This document shows positions 42,937 through 53,172 of a DNA stretch of 53,172 nt, in pieces. Source of the stretch: a virus (lineage: Duplodnaviria; Caudoviricetes). Position 1 is the stretch's first letter. Each line of letters begins with the position of its first letter. The notes beneath the pieces are model-generated. The model worked only from the letters and a program-made list of their open reading frames with translations, made no database searches and had not been told where the DNA came from. The position numbers were made by a program, and so were the translations under genes. Location of the stretch: positions 1 through 53,172 of the IMG/VR virus record IMGVR_UViG_3300032239_000223, one strand, 5' to 3'.

Positions 42937-45201
42937 ATGGCTGACATAAGCATACTCCAATTACCACCGGCAACGTCTGTAGGCGCAAACGACGTTACGG
43001 TTATTGTCCAAAACGGCATCACTAAAAAAGCCGCTGTAACGGTATTTCAAAACGGCATCGTGGGACCGCAGGGCCCTGCTGGACCACAAGGCCCACAGGG
43101 TGTGGCAGGCACCCCCGGCGCGCAAGGCCAACAAGGCGTTCCCGGCCCCGGTGGCCCACAGGGCGTGGCAGGGCCCGCAGGACCCAGCGGCACCGCGGCA
43201 TCAATTGCAGTAGGCACAACCACAACCGTTGCCCCCAACGTGCCGGCCTCAGTTACGAACGTGGGGTCTTCTAGTTCTGCGGTATTTGACTTCAATATTC
43301 CTCAGGGATATGGCGTACAGCCCGGCGGTACGACGGGCCAGTTTTTGGTTAAGCAAAGTAACGCAGACTACGATACACAGTGGCTTTCTGTTACCGGCAA
43401 CCTTACGTATTTAGGCACATGGAACGCAAACACAAACACACCAACGTTGGTGTCTAGTGTTGGTACTAACGGCACGTACTACGTTGTTAACGTTGCGGGT
43501 TCAACTAACCTGAACGGGATTACAGACTGGCAAATTGGCGACTGGGCAATCTTTAACGGCTCGTTCTGGCAAAAGATTGACCAGAGTAACTTGGTCACAT
43601 CAGTTAACGGCCAAACAGGCGCCGTCAGTCTCGGGTACGCAGACCTTGCAGGCGCTATACCCACATGGAACCAAAACACAACAGGCAACGCGGCTAACGT
43701 TACAGGTGTGGTGGCTGTAGTAAACGGCGGGTCTGGTACAACTACAGCCCAAGGGGCAATTAACACATTTGCTGGCGCAGTTACCAGTGGTTCATATTTG
43801 CGCGGTAACGGCACAAACGTGGTCATGTCTACAATCCAAGTAGCTGACGTTCCAACACTTAACCAAAATACAACAGGCACCGCGGCTAACGTTACAGGTG
43901 TTGTTGCGGCTATCAATGGCGGCACGGGCCAGTCTTCGTACGCTGTTGGTGATTTGTTATACGCATCAACCACAACAGCACTTTCTAAATTAGCTGACGT
44001 TGCAACAGGCAACGCACTCATTTCAGGCGGTGTGGGTGTTGCCCCGTCGTACGGTAAAATTGGTTTAACAACACACGTGTCCGGCACGTTGGCGATTGGT
44101 AATGGAGGCACAGGTCAGACTACAGCCTCCGCGGCGTTTAACGCTTTATCACCAATTACAACAACAGGCGATTTAATTTTAGGCAACGGCACAAACAGCG
44201 CAACACGTTTGGGTATTGGTTCTAACGGCTACTTGCTAACCTCCAACGGCACAACAGCGTCGTGGCAACCCGCTCCCGCTGGTGGTGTGACCACTTTTAG
44301 CGCAGGCACAACAGGATTAACTCCATCTTCAGCCACAAGCGGTGCAATCACACTAGCAGGCACACTGGCCGTGGCAAATGGTGGTACAGGTGTCACAGCA
44401 TCTAGCGGCGCTAACAGTGTTGTATTGCGTGACGCAAACGCTAACATTACAATAAATTCAGTTAGTGAAGGTTTTTTAAACGTAGCCGCCGCAGGAACAA
44501 CGGTTGTGCTTACGGTTGCGTCAGTTCCAAACTATGTTGTAACGGGTTCGGGCGGTCAAACATACCAGCTACCAAACGCAACAACGCTGGCAAACGGCGT
44601 TAATTACACTTTTAATAATAACCAATCTAGCGGCGCAATAACAGTCAACAATAACTCTGGAACACTTATTGCGTCTATTCCTTCGGGAAGTTTTGTTGAT
44701 ATAAGCTTATTATCAAACGCAACAGCGGCAGGAACATGGGATAGACACGACCTAGCGCCGTCAAACGTATCTTGGTCAACCAACACGTTTGATTACCCCG
44801 GCTCTATTACTTCCGCAACATGGAACGGTGCCACCATAGCAATTAACCGCGGCGGCACAGCGAACACAACAGCGCAAGGGGCAATGAACACATTTGCTGG
44901 CGCGGTAACCAGCGGTTCGTACCTAAGGGGCAACGGCACAAACGTAGTCATGTCTACGATTCAAGCGGCTGATGTTCCAACACTTAACCAAAACACAACA
45001 GGCACAGCGGCTAACATCACAGGCATTGTGGCGATTGCAAACGGCGGCACAAACTCAACAGCCACAGCCACAGCAGGCGGCGCGGGTTACGGCACGGGCA
45101 CAGCACACGCGTACACAGCGGCCGGCACAGCGGGTCAGGTGTTGCTCTCTAACGGGACAAGCGCGCCCACATGGTCAGGCGTTTCTGGGGGCACGTTCTA
45201 A
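42937..45201 (+). CDS. Fibre protein with collagen-like Gly-X-Y stretch
   Basis: (GPQ/GPA)n at about 43063-43190, Y.GTWNA.TNTPTL domain, many NGGTG repeats, internal ~53-aa duplication. Confidence 0.8.
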   Translation: MADISILQLPPATSVGANDVTVIVQNGITKKAAVTVFQNGIVGPQGPAGPQGPQGVAGTPGAQGQQGVPGPGGPQGVAGPAGPSGTAASIAVGTTTTVAPNVPASVTNVGSSSSAVFDFNIPQGYGVQPGGTTGQFLVKQSNADYDTQWLSVTGNLTYLGTWNANTNTPTLVSSVGTNGTYYVVNVAGSTNLNGITDWQIGDWAIFNGSFWQKIDQSNLVTSVNGQTGAVSLGYADLAGAIPTWNQNTTGNAANVTGVVAVVNGGSGTTTAQGAINTFAGAVTSGSYLRGNGTNVVMSTIQVADVPTLNQNTTGTAANVTGVVAAINGGTGQSSYAVGDLLYASTTTALSKLADVATGNALISGGVGVAPSYGKIGLTTHVSGTLAIGNGGTGQTTASAAFNALSPITTTGDLILGNGTNSATRLGIGSNGYLLTSNGTTASWQPAPAGGVTTFSAGTTGLTPSSATSGAITLAGTLAVANGGTGVTASSGANSVVLRDANANITINSVSEGFLNVAAAGTTVVLTVASVPNYVVTGSGGQTYQLPNATTLANGVNYTFNNNQSSGAITVNNNSGTLIASIPSGSFVDISLLSNATAAGTWDRHDLAPSNVSWSTNTFDYPGSITSATWNGATIAINRGGTANTTAQGAMNTFAGAVTSGSYLRGNGTNVVMSTIQAADVPTLNQNTTGTAANITGIVAIANGGTNSTATATAGGAGYGTGTAHAYTAAGTAGQVLLSNGTSAPTWSGVSGGTF

Positions 45202-45434
45202 TGGAATCGCAAGATATTTTTAACGCGGCAATCACGCTGTCTGGTGCCTTTGGGGGTTGGATTTTGAAAACAATTTGGGACGCCATCAAAGACCTTAAAA
45301 CAGAAGTTAGAGAATTAAACCGCGAGGTCAACCAAGACTTTGTGCGCCGTGAAGATTTTAAAGACTCTATTCTTGAGATCAAAGACATGTTGAATAAGAT
45401 TTTTGACAAATTGGATAACAAGGCGGACAAGTGA
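45201..45434 (+). CDS. Small membrane-anchored coiled-coil protein (holin/lysis-associated candidate)
   Basis: One TM segment, then a coiled coil ending FDKLDNKADK; TAATG coupling. Confidence 0.6.
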   Translation: MESQDIFNAAITLSGAFGGWILKTIWDAIKDLKTEVRELNREVNQDFVRREDFKDSILEIKDMLNKIFDKLDNKADK

Positions 45435-45724
45435 AATGGGTAGTTTTAGCACTGATCATTGCTTGTCTATTAGTTGGTGCTGAAGCCAAAGTTGGTTGTC
45501 ACGTAAGAGAATTTTACGGGATAGGCTACACCATCCACAACCCGTCCGAACGCCATCAGCAAATGATCCAGTGGCTCAAGAACAATGCGCCGCATTGCAA
45601 ATCGGAAGATTATGTGGTGATCTGGAACAACTTACCCTCATGGGCGGGTACGGCAGATTCGGCGGAAACCAGAGCGTTAATTTTGCATGGCTACAAAGAT
45701 GCACTTGAGCGCGAAAAGAAATGA
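45431..45724 (+). CDS. Secreted hypothetical protein
   Basis: Signal-peptide-like N-terminus. Confidence 0.6.
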   Translation: MKWVVLALIIACLLVGAEAKVGCHVREFYGIGYTIHNPSERHQQMIQWLKNNAPHCKSEDYVVIWNNLPSWAGTADSAETRALILHGYKDALEREKK

Positions 45725-45960
45725 TTACGCCCTTGTACAAATGGTACCCCATGGTGCAACCAGAGGGATACCCCAATAAAACAGACGCGCTTGAGCGCAG
45801 GGCTGAGAAGTTGACTGAAGACTACAAGCAGGCCTTGAAAATGAAAAAGGCAGATGAAAAAATTGATGATCTTGAGTTTGAGTTGTACGTGAAAAAAGCA
45901 GAACGCAACCAACTTAATCTTGAGATTTTTACAAACCGCAAACTGGATATTTATGTATGA
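45721..45960 (+). CDS. Hypothetical protein
   Basis: 79 aa, coupled. Confidence 0.55.
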   Translation: MITPLYKWYPMVQPEGYPNKTDALERRAEKLTEDYKQALKMKKADEKIDDLEFELYVKKAERNQLNLEIFTNRKLDIYV

Positions 45961-46220
45961 ACAACAACCCAGACGTAGTAGGTAAATTGACGTACTCTGT
46001 AACTTTGATGGTAGCCGCCACCCTTTGCCTGTCGGTACTAGGTATGGTGGTTGCGTTTTTGCTTGGTCTGTGGGCCAAGGAAGTGGACAACGCAGAAATT
46101 TTCAGCATGCTCCACCCGGCGTTTCAGACGATCATTGGTGGGTTTATTGGTCTCTTGGCGGGGGTAAAACTTTCCCACGGTGATGATGGTCACCATAAAT
46201 GTAAACACTGCGGAGATTAA
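45957..46220 (+). CDS. Two-TM membrane protein
   Basis: PAFQTIIGGFIGLLAG. Confidence 0.65.
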   Translation: MNNNPDVVGKLTYSVTLMVAATLCLSVLGMVVAFLLGLWAKEVDNAEIFSMLHPAFQTIIGGFIGLLAGVKLSHGDDGHHKCKHCGD

Positions 46221-46222
46221 AC

Positions 46223-46717
46223 ATGCTAGAGATTTTAAGCGGCGGCCTACTGGGCTCCATTTTTGGTGGTATCTTCCGCATGGCACCAGAGGTGCTCAAA
46301 TGGATGGACAAGAAGAACGAGCGCGAGCATGAACTTAACATGTTCAAGTTCCAGTGCGACTTGGAGGCCCAGCGTGGCCAGCAGAAGTTAGCCGAGATCG
46401 GGGCACAGCGAGAGGCCGCGGTGGACGTTGGTGTGATGGACGCGTTCAACGCGGCGATCAACCAACAGGCAGAAATGGTCAAGGCCGCTGGTGGCTGGGT
46501 AGCCAGCCTGTCAGCCTCCGTGCGCCCTGTAGTGACCTACTGGGTGCTGTTTGTGTGGTCGTTTATTCACGTCTGGTTTGCGTACAACGCGTGGCTTGGT
46601 GGCGCTGTGGCCACTGAGGTATTCCGCACCATGATGACACCAGACTTTTCAGCCTTGTTGGCGGGCACCATTAACTACTGGTTCCTCGATAGAACTCTGT
46701 CTAAACGCGGAATATGA
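46223..46717 (+). CDS. Putative holin (3TM-holin-like)
   Basis: WV..L.ASVRPVVTY...YWF..R pattern; directly upstream of the lysozyme. Confidence 0.6.
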   Translation: MLEILSGGLLGSIFGGIFRMAPEVLKWMDKKNEREHELNMFKFQCDLEAQRGQQKLAEIGAQREAAVDVGVMDAFNAAINQQAEMVKAAGGWVASLSASVRPVVTYWVLFVWSFIHVWFAYNAWLGGAVATEVFRTMMTPDFSALLAGTINYWFLDRTLSKRGI

Positions 46718-47154
46718 ACCTAGAACTAGCGGCGGCCCTGTGCCGCCAGTTTGAGGGTTACAGGGCTAAACCGTACCTGTGCCCCGCCGGGGTGGCCACC
46801 ATAGGGTACGGGTCCACCTACTACTCAGACGGGCGCAAGGTGACCCTAGAAGACGCCCCAATGGACGAGCCAACGGCTAGGGCGCTCCTCATGTCTGAGC
46901 TAGAACACAACTACCTGCCCGGGGTGTTGCGTAACTGCCCCATACTAGCGGCGGATGAGCGCAAATGTAACGCCATCGTGGACTTCTGCTACAACCTTGG
47001 TATTGGTAGACTACAGACCTCCACCCTCAAGCGTAAGATCAACGCGCAGGACTGGGAGGGCGCCAAAGAACAACTGATGCTCTGGACCAAGGGCGGCGGC
47101 AAAGTTTTGCCCGGTTTGCTCAAAAGACGAACGGCCGAATGCGCCTTACTTTAA
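46714..47154 (+). CDS. Endolysin, GH24 phage lysozyme
   Basis: FEG...PYLCPAGV.TIGYG, FCYNLG.G.L..STL, GG.VL.GL..RR..E. Confidence 0.93.
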   Translation: MNLELAAALCRQFEGYRAKPYLCPAGVATIGYGSTYYSDGRKVTLEDAPMDEPTARALLMSELEHNYLPGVLRNCPILAADERKCNAIVDFCYNLGIGRLQTSTLKRKINAQDWEGAKEQLMLWTKGGGKVLPGLLKRRTAECALL

Positions 47155-47193
47155 GGGCATAGCGGCCCTTTTTTATGGGTAATTATCTATAGG
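47155..47193 (+). promoter_or_regulatory. Phage bipartite promoter copy (GGGCA-N15-ATGGGTAATT-ATCTATAGG), overlapping a weak terminator
   Basis: Same motif and spacing. Confidence 0.7.
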
Positions 47194-47204
47194 AGCGCAA
47201 GACT

Positions 47205-47480
47205 ATGGCACGAGAACACGATAAACCTATTGCCCGTAAAACCACGGGAAAAGACAAGACGTACAACCCCACTGACAAGGGCGCGGGCATGACGGCTAAA
47301 GGCCGTGCTGAGTACAACGCCAAGAATAATTCAAACTTGAAGCCGCCCGCGCCAAACCCTAAGACCAAGGCAGACGCGGGCCGTAAAGCAAGTTTTTGTG
47401 CAAGGATGGAGGGTGTGGTAGCAAAGTCTAAAGGGCCTGCAGAACGCGCCAAAGCATCACTCAAGAGTTGGAACTGCTGA
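47205..47480 (+). CDS. Small basic conserved phage protein
   Basis: G.TAKGRA.YN...SNLK.P...R.ASFCARM.G...W.C. Confidence 0.75.
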   Translation: MAREHDKPIARKTTGKDKTYNPTDKGAGMTAKGRAEYNAKNNSNLKPPAPNPKTKADAGRKASFCARMEGVVAKSKGPAERAKASLKSWNC

Positions 47481-47481
47481 T

Positions 47482-47640
47482 ATGAAACCCGGACTGTATG
47501 CCAATATTCACAAAAAACAGGAACGCATAGCCCGCGAAAAGGCTGAAGGGCGTCCTGTTGAAAAGATGAGAAAACCCGGCGCCAAGGGCGCACCAACCGC
47601 GCAGGCGTTCGAAGACTCTGCTAAAACAAAAAGGAAATAA
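47482..47640 (+). CDS. Small basic protein (52 aa)
   Basis: MKPGLYANIH...EKMRKPGAKGAPTA.AF..SAKT, read by hand. Confidence 0.75.
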   Translation: MKPGLYANIHKKQERIAREKAEGRPVEKMRKPGAKGAPTAQAFEDSAKTKRK

Positions 47641-47641
47641 A

Positions 47642-47944
47642 ATGGCTTCTAGTTACAAACCACGCATCGACCACAGCAAAAAGGACTACGAGTCCGAAGC
47701 CGCTGACATGGCGCAAGACAAAAAGGTCGTCAAAAAAGCGTTTCAAATGCACGACAAGCAAGAGCACCCCGGCGAGAAGACAGATTTGTCCAAGCTGAAA
47801 AAAGGCGGCCGCGCTAAGATGAAGGGCACTGTACGCACGTACAAGGCCGGTGGCATGACTTGCACCACAGGCGACGACAAACAGCCTAAGGCAAAGAGCC
47901 CCAAAAAGACTGTTGAGAAGTACAACATGGGCGGTATGTGCTAA
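47642..47944 (+). CDS. Small basic protein with three xxxGG tags
   Basis: HDKQEHPG, LKKGG, YKAGG, YNMGG. Confidence 0.7.
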   Translation: MASSYKPRIDHSKKDYESEAADMAQDKKVVKKAFQMHDKQEHPGEKTDLSKLKKGGRAKMKGTVRTYKAGGMTCTTGDDKQPKAKSPKKTVEKYNMGGMC

Positions 47945-48103
47945 ATGCCTATCAAATCTAAATCTCAAGAACGCTTGATGCAGGGGGTGGCTCACTCCCC
48001 CGAGTTTGCCAAAAAGGTAGGCATCAAGCAGTCTGTTGGTAAAGAGTTTGTGAAAGCAGGCCCTGCTCAGAAGAAACTTCCAGAGCGCGTTAAGAAGAAA
48101 TAA
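47945..48103 (+). CDS. Small basic protein (52 aa)
   Basis: MPIKSKSQERLMQGVAHSPEFAKKVGIKQSVGKEF, read by hand. Confidence 0.75.
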   Translation: MPIKSKSQERLMQGVAHSPEFAKKVGIKQSVGKEFVKAGPAQKKLPERVKKK

Positions 48104-49143
48104 TGGCAAGTAACTACGACAATACCTCGAACACAACTGCTCAGACCATCATCACGGTTGATCAGATGCTTTCGTTTGCCTACAGTGAAGCGGGCAAGCT
48201 GGCCGAGGAGTTGACGCCAGAGTACATTAACCGGGCCCGTCAGGCCCTTTGGTACATTCTGATTAACCTGTCTAACCGCGGTGTGAACCTGTGGTTGTTG
48301 GAGTATCTTGTTATGGGCAGTTCTGCCCAAACGCGCCAGTACGAGATGCCGCGTGGCACCGTGGACGTGCGCGAGGCCAACTACCGACTGATGACCCGCC
48401 CCGGCACTGTGTCTGATAGCACCGCCGGTGCGTTCACAACAAACAACACCGATCTGGAGTACACGATTGCCGCGGGTGGTTCTGCAACAGCCACGTACAA
48501 CGCAACACGTTTCTTGAGCGCCGGGTTTTATGCCGACGTGCGCAACGTGACCTTGAACGTGGAATACAGCTACGACGGCATCACGTGGGTGGCACTTACA
48601 ACGGTCACAAACAGCAACGCCAACCCATGGGGCTACACACAGATCGACGGCTCCCCTCAGGCCATTTTCTGGCGCCTGCGCAACGCCTCTGCGGTGCCTG
48701 TGAAGGTCCGCGCTATATCCTTGGCATCGGTTCAGCAAGACGTGCCCATGGCGCGCTTGAACCGCAACGACTACTACAGCCTGCCAAACAAAGACTTTAT
48801 GAGCACGCGTGCTCTTCAGTTTTGGTTTGACCGTCAGGTAACACCAATCATTAACCTGTGGCCAGTGCCACAAAACGCGTTTCAGACGTTTCAGTTTATC
48901 ATTGAGATGCAACCCCAAGACGTGGGTAAACTGACAAACGAAATTGCCATTCCGGACCGTTGGGTGCCTGCTGTTCAAGCTCAATTATCGCACCGTGTAT
49001 CTAAGCTGTTGCCCGGTATTGACCCAGCGAGAATTCAAATGCTAAAACAAGATGCCGCAGAGGCCACGCTGTCTGCTGAAGAAGAAGACCGCGATAAGTC
49101 CCCCATCTATTTCCGCCCGAACATCAGCTACTACACCCGATAA
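48103..49143 (+). CDS. Putative head-tail adaptor/connector protein
   Basis: AR..L...L.NRGVNLW, R..R.DY..LPNK, LWPVP, A.EEDR. Confidence 0.65.
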   Translation: MASNYDNTSNTTAQTIITVDQMLSFAYSEAGKLAEELTPEYINRARQALWYILINLSNRGVNLWLLEYLVMGSSAQTRQYEMPRGTVDVREANYRLMTRPGTVSDSTAGAFTTNNTDLEYTIAAGGSATATYNATRFLSAGFYADVRNVTLNVEYSYDGITWVALTTVTNSNANPWGYTQIDGSPQAIFWRLRNASAVPVKVRAISLASVQQDVPMARLNRNDYYSLPNKDFMSTRALQFWFDRQVTPIINLWPVPQNAFQTFQFIIEMQPQDVGKLTNEIAIPDRWVPAVQAQLSHRVSKLLPGIDPARIQMLKQDAAEATLSAEEEDRDKSPIYFRPNISYYTR

Positions 49144-49161
49144 AAATAAGGAACCATTAAA

Positions 49162-49965
49162 ATGGCTCAAGCAGGCTACACCCCAATTTCGCTGTACTAC
49201 AGCACTACAGCGTCTGCTGTTCCTCTGAATACTAACTTGGTTGCAGGCGAACTTGCGCTCAACACACTAGACGAGAAGCTGTACTTTAAGAACAGCGCAG
49301 GAACAGTGAAGTTGCTTGCCGGTTCGGCCGCAACGGTTTCAAGCGTTGCACAAAGCTTTACAGGCGGCTTGATTTCTGTTGCTGGCTCGCCCATCACAAC
49401 CTCTGGCACGTTGGCTCTGACCGTTGCTGGTACATCAGGTGGTGTGCCTTACTTCTCAAGCGCGTCCACTTGGGCGTCGTCTGCCGCACTAGCCGCTAAC
49501 GCCTTGGTGATCGGTGGTGGTGCTGGCGCGGCTCCTGCGACGATCACAACAGGCACAGGTGTAGTTACAGCCCTTGGCAATAACGCAAACGCTACAGGCG
49601 GTTTTGCAACGATTGACGGTACGGCTACGCTGACCAATAAGCGCATCAACCCACGGGTATCTAGCACCACGTCTACTGCCACGCTGACGCCTGACATTTC
49701 TGCAAACGATCAGTACAATTTAACAGCGCAGGCAGTTGGTTTGACAGTTGCCGCGCCAACAGGAACGCCTGTTGATGGTAACCGTTTGATCATTCGTATT
49801 TTGGATAACGGTAGCGCACAAACTATTTCTTGGAACGCAACCTACACTGTGATTGGCACAACATTACCTACAACAACTACCGCCAGTAAAATGGTGTACG
49901 TTGGTTGTATTTACAACGCCGCTAACACACGTTGGGATGTTGTTGCAGTAACAACTCAGGCATAA
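49162..49965 (+). CDS. Tail fibre-like structural protein
   Basis: L..GELALN..D.KLYFK N-terminal anchor; Thr/Ala/Gly-rich. Confidence 0.7.
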   Translation: MAQAGYTPISLYYSTTASAVPLNTNLVAGELALNTLDEKLYFKNSAGTVKLLAGSAATVSSVAQSFTGGLISVAGSPITTSGTLALTVAGTSGGVPYFSSASTWASSAALAANALVIGGGAGAAPATITTGTGVVTALGNNANATGGFATIDGTATLTNKRINPRVSSTTSTATLTPDISANDQYNLTAQAVGLTVAAPTGTPVDGNRLIIRILDNGSAQTISWNATYTVIGTTLPTTTTASKMVYVGCIYNAANTRWDVVAVTTQA

Positions 49966-49975
49966 GGAGAACCTA

Positions 49976-50146
49976 ATGAAAATTGACTTTGAATTTGACA
50001 CACCATACGGCGTATTCCGCGACGCTTTGCACTTGGCAGACGACCACACATTCACAGATGATGAAATCCAAGCCATGAAGCAACAGCGCGTAGACAACTG
50101 GATTGCCGTGGTGACTGCACCCCCCGCTGAAGCTCCACAGGAGTAA
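49976..50146 (+). CDS. Small protein (56 aa), possible fibre assembly factor
   Basis: MKIDFEFDTPYGVFRDAL...MKQQRVDNW; AAGGAG RBS. Confidence 0.7.
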   Translation: MKIDFEFDTPYGVFRDALHLADDHTFTDDEIQAMKQQRVDNWIAVVTAPPAEAPQE

Positions 50147-50149
50147 GGC

Positions 50150-53100
50150 ATGGCAAATCGCTATTGGGTTGGCGGGACTGCATCGTGGGACGGAACCGCT
50201 GGCAGTAAGTGGGCATTGACCTCTGGCGGTGCTGGTGGTCAAGCTGTACCTACGTCTGCTGATGATGTGTTCTTTGATGCCGCTTCTGGTGCGGTGACTT
50301 GCACAATTTCTGCTGGTAATACGGGAGCCAAGTCAATTACCTGTACGGGGTTTACGGGAACCTTAACTGGCGGTACTGCAATAAATGTTGCTGGAAGCGT
50401 TACTCTTGTAACTGGTATGACTTTTAGTTTTACTGCTGGATTAACTCTTTCTGGTACTGGAACTCTTACATCCGCAGGTAAAACCTTTTCTGGTGGCGGA
50501 ATAACAATTGATGGGGTTGGTGCAACTGTTACTTTGGGAGATGCGGTTTCTACTGCGTTTAACTTGGTTGTAACCAACGGAACCTTCACCACTAACAACT
50601 TTAACGTTACTGCGGCGGCTTTATCTTCGAGCAACGCCAACACCCGCGCAATCAATCTTGGTAGCAGTACAGTTACTCTTACTTCTGCAACTGGGATTGC
50701 TTGCTCCACCAATACAGGATTAACCTTTAACGCTGGAACTTCATCAATTATTTTTCCTGCTGGTGCAGGTGGAACTATTAACTTTGGAACAACTGGTGCA
50801 ACGCTATATAACACTAGTTTTACTGGCGGTGTAGCAGGGGCTACAATTTCTATTCTTGGCCCAAATACATACAATAATTTTGCAGTAACAGGCCCAAGTT
50901 CAGTAGGTAACATCCCTGTTATTTTTGATTCTCGTCAAACCATCAACGGCGCATTATCCACTACAGGTACAGCAGGTAACCGCCGTGTATGGTTTCGTAG
51001 CGCAACTTATGGTATTGCTCAAACACTTACCATCAATAGCGCGGCAAGCCTGACTGACGCTGATTTCCGTGATCTATATGTAATTGGTACTGCCGCACCT
51101 ATTAGCGGTACACGCATTGGTAATTTGCGTGGGTGTTCTGGTATTACGTTTGATGTGGCTAAGACTGTTTATTGGGTCACATTAGCAGGTGGTAACTGGT
51201 CAGGCACTAACTGGAGTAACACATCTGGTGGTACTGCTAACGATCAATATTTCCCACTAGCACAAGACACGGCTACGATTGTCAACACAGGATTGAACAC
51301 ATCAGCTACTGTAACTATTGATTCGATATTTACAAATATTAGTGGTATTGATATGTCTGCGCGCACAAACGCAATGACGCTTTCTGCAAGCATTAGCCCA
51401 ACTTGTTATGGAAATTTAACTTTTGGTTCTGGCGTTACTTATAACGCCAATTTGGGCACATTGACTTTTAGTGGAAGAAACACACAAACAATTACCTCTG
51501 CTGGAAAAACAATTGGTGACATTACAGTTGATTCTTATGGTGGAACTGTTCAACTTGCAGACGCATTAAATATTGGATCTCGCACACTTACAGTTACCAA
51601 CGGGACGTTTGATACAAAAGGTTATGCGGTATCTGCTGGAACATTATCATCTAGTAATAGTAACGTCAGGGCAATTAACCTTGGCGCAAGTACTGTAACG
51701 CTAAGTGGTAATGCTGGCGTTTCAATGTTTACTTCAACCAATTTAACTTTTAATGCTGGCACATCAACAATAGTATTATCAGGTACAAGCGCAATTTTGG
51801 ATGGTGGCAGTAAAACTTACTCAACTGTAAACTTTACAACAACCGCAATTACAACAATTTCTATTAGCGGAACAAATACTTTTGCAAATTTGTCTTTTAC
51901 TGCTACTGCTGTTGCAGGGCTATCTCCTATACTTTTTTACAACAACCAAACTATTACAGGCACATTAACTTGTGCAGGCGCATCTGCTGTTAGACGCATC
52001 TTTTTACGTTCAGACACATTAGGAACAACACGGACATTAACAGTCAACACACTATCAGCAACTGACTGCGACTTTAGAGACATTACGATTGCAGGAACTG
52101 CGGCAGGCTCATCACCAACCCGTGCAAGTGACTGTGGTGGCAATACAGGCATTACGTTTCCTGCGGCTAAAACTGTTTACTGGAATCTTGCAGGCGCTCA
52201 GAATTGGAGTGCTACAGCTTGGTGTCCTAGTTCTGGTGGAACTCCTGACATTAACCAATTCCCGTTGGCACAAGATACTGCGGTGTTTGACAACACAGGT
52301 AGTGTGACTGGCACGATTACACAAGATGCCGCTTGGAACATAGGAACGTTTGATGCGTCTGCAAGAACAAGTGCGATGACAATTGATTTTGGCTCTAATG
52401 CGCCGTTTGTTTACGGCGATTGGAAGTTTGGCACAGGTGTTACACATAGCAGTTCGGCGGCGGTATTGAGTTTTGCCAAGCGCGGCACACAAACGATTAC
52501 TTGTAATGGCGTTGCTTTTGGTTGCCAAGTTAACGTTGACAACGTTACGGGCATAGTTCAAATATCAGACACATTCAAAACAATTGTTGGTCGCGTGCTT
52601 GCATTAGCGTCTGGAACATTTGATGCTGGGACAAATAATGTAGAAATTTCTAATTTTTCAACAAACTACACGACAAATAGAACTTTAAAAATGGGGTCTG
52701 GAACATGGACTTTGTCTACCACAGGTACTGTTTGGTTTATTAATGCATCAAATTTAACTTTTTACAAAAGCACTGCTAACATTGTTTTGTCCGACATTAG
52801 CACATCTGCACGAACATTTTCTGGTGGTGATCTTTCCTATAACAAACTTACCATCGGCGGCACAACAGGCACATCCACGACAACAATTAGCGGCAACAAT
52901 CAGTTCACTGAGCTTGCATCTACCAAAACAGTAGCCCACACAATTGATTTTGGTGCAAACACACCAACATTTGGCGCTTGGACAGTATCGGGCACGGCAG
53001 GTAATGTAGTCACAATAGCTGGCGCATCAACCATCACCATTGCGGGCGCTAGGGTTTCAGGCGTTGATTATCTTGCACTTGGCACAACAACTATTTCTGC

Positions 53101-53172
53101 CACAAGCCCCGGTGAGTTTTATGCAGGGGCTAACTCTACTGGTGGCACTAACGCAATCCTGACTGCGGCTCC
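50150..53172 (+). CDS. Large beta-helix tail fibre/spike (3' truncated, >1000 aa) built of three homologous modules
   Basis: MANRYWVGG...W..TSGG...P...D.VFFD; the module start recurs near 51160 and 52170. No stop noticed; absent from the ORF track because it runs off the window. Confidence 0.75.
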   Translation, partial: MANRYWVGGTASWDGTAGSKWALTSGGAGGQAVPTSADDVFFDAASGAVTCTISAGNTGAKSITCTGFTGTLTGGTAINVAGSVTLVTGMTFSFTAGLTLSGTGTLTSAGKTFSGGGITIDGVGATVTLGDAVSTAFNLVVTNGTFTTNNFNVTAAALSSSNANTRAINLGSSTVTLTSATGIACSTNTGLTFNAGTSSIIFPAGAGGTINFGTTGATLYNTSFTGGVAGATISILGPNTYNNFAVTGPSSVGNIPVIFDSRQTINGALSTTGTAGNRRVWFRSATYGIAQTLTINSAASLTDADFRDLYVIGTAAPISGTRIGNLRGCSGITFDVAKTVYWVTLAGGNWSGTNWSNTSGGTANDQYFPLAQDTATIVNTGLNTSATVTIDSIFTNISGIDMSARTNAMTLSASISPTCYGNLTFGSGVTYNANLGTLTFSGRNTQTITSAGKTIGDITVDSYGGTVQLADALNIGSRTLTVTNGTFDTKGYAVSAGTLSSSNSNVRAINLGASTVTLSGNAGVSMFTSTNLTFNAGTSTIVLSGTSAILDGGSKTYSTVNFTTTAITTISISGTNTFANLSFTATAVAGLSPILFYNNQTITGTLTCAGASAVRRIFLRSDTLGTTRTLTVNTLSATDCDFRDITIAGTAAGSSPTRASDCGGNTGITFPAAKTVYWNLAGAQNWSATAWCPSSGGTPDINQFPLAQDTAVFDNTGSVTGTITQDAAWNIGTFDASARTSAMTIDFGSNAPFVYGDWKFGTGVTHSSSAAVLSFAKRGTQTITCNGVAFGCQVNVDNVTGIVQISDTFKTIVGRVLALASGTFDAGTNNVEISNFSTNYTTNRTLKMGSGTWTLSTTGTVWFINASNLTFYKSTANIVLSDISTSARTFSGGDLSYNKLTIGGTTGTSTTTISGNNQFTELASTKTVAHTIDFGANTPTFGAWTVSGTAGNVVTIAGASTITIAGARVSGVDYLALGTTTISATSPGEFYAGANSTGGTNAILTAA

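Noticed and set aside
43741-45024. DGR template/variable repeat pair in the fibre gene (43741-43899 versus 44866-45024)
   Set aside because: Both copies are in frame in one gene, differences are mostly synonymous and not adenine-specific, and no reverse transcriptase is seen.

Overview
The whole 53 kb window is part of a tailed dsDNA phage genome (Caudoviricetes, podovirus-like virion module). No integrase, tRNA or CRISPR array was seen. Layout: (1) 1-6324 (+), internal/ejection proteins including a lytic transglycosylase; (2) 6371-22449 (-), replication/nucleotide module (family A DNA polymerase, class II RNR, DUF2815 SSB, DUF2800 nuclease, TerS-like protein, SNF2 helicase, HNH, VRR-NUC, primase-D5 helicase, a sigma70-type factor lacking region 4, a separate region-4-like ORF, a Rap1a-like protein); (3) 22.8-29.7 kb (-), an early array of small genes separated by repeated promoter/hairpin cassettes; (4) 29.75-30.5 kb, a non-coding divergence region; (5) 30.6 kb-end (+), an intein-like ORF, TerL, portal, GroES, scaffold, capsid, lysis and tail-fibre genes. 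The most unusual signals: eight alternating consensus sigma54 (-24/-12) sites followed by five CsoR/RcnR-like palindromes in the divergence region; two inverted copies of an iteron/poly(dA:dT) origin-like element bracketing the early region; an apparently split sigma factor with a six-copy bipartite promoter motif; a free-standing intein lacking its splicing residues upstream of TerL; a recurring (Y/F/L)xxGG tag in virion proteins; and a pseudoknotted 5' leader after the capsid gene. All protein calls come from motif recognition by eye, not from database searches.
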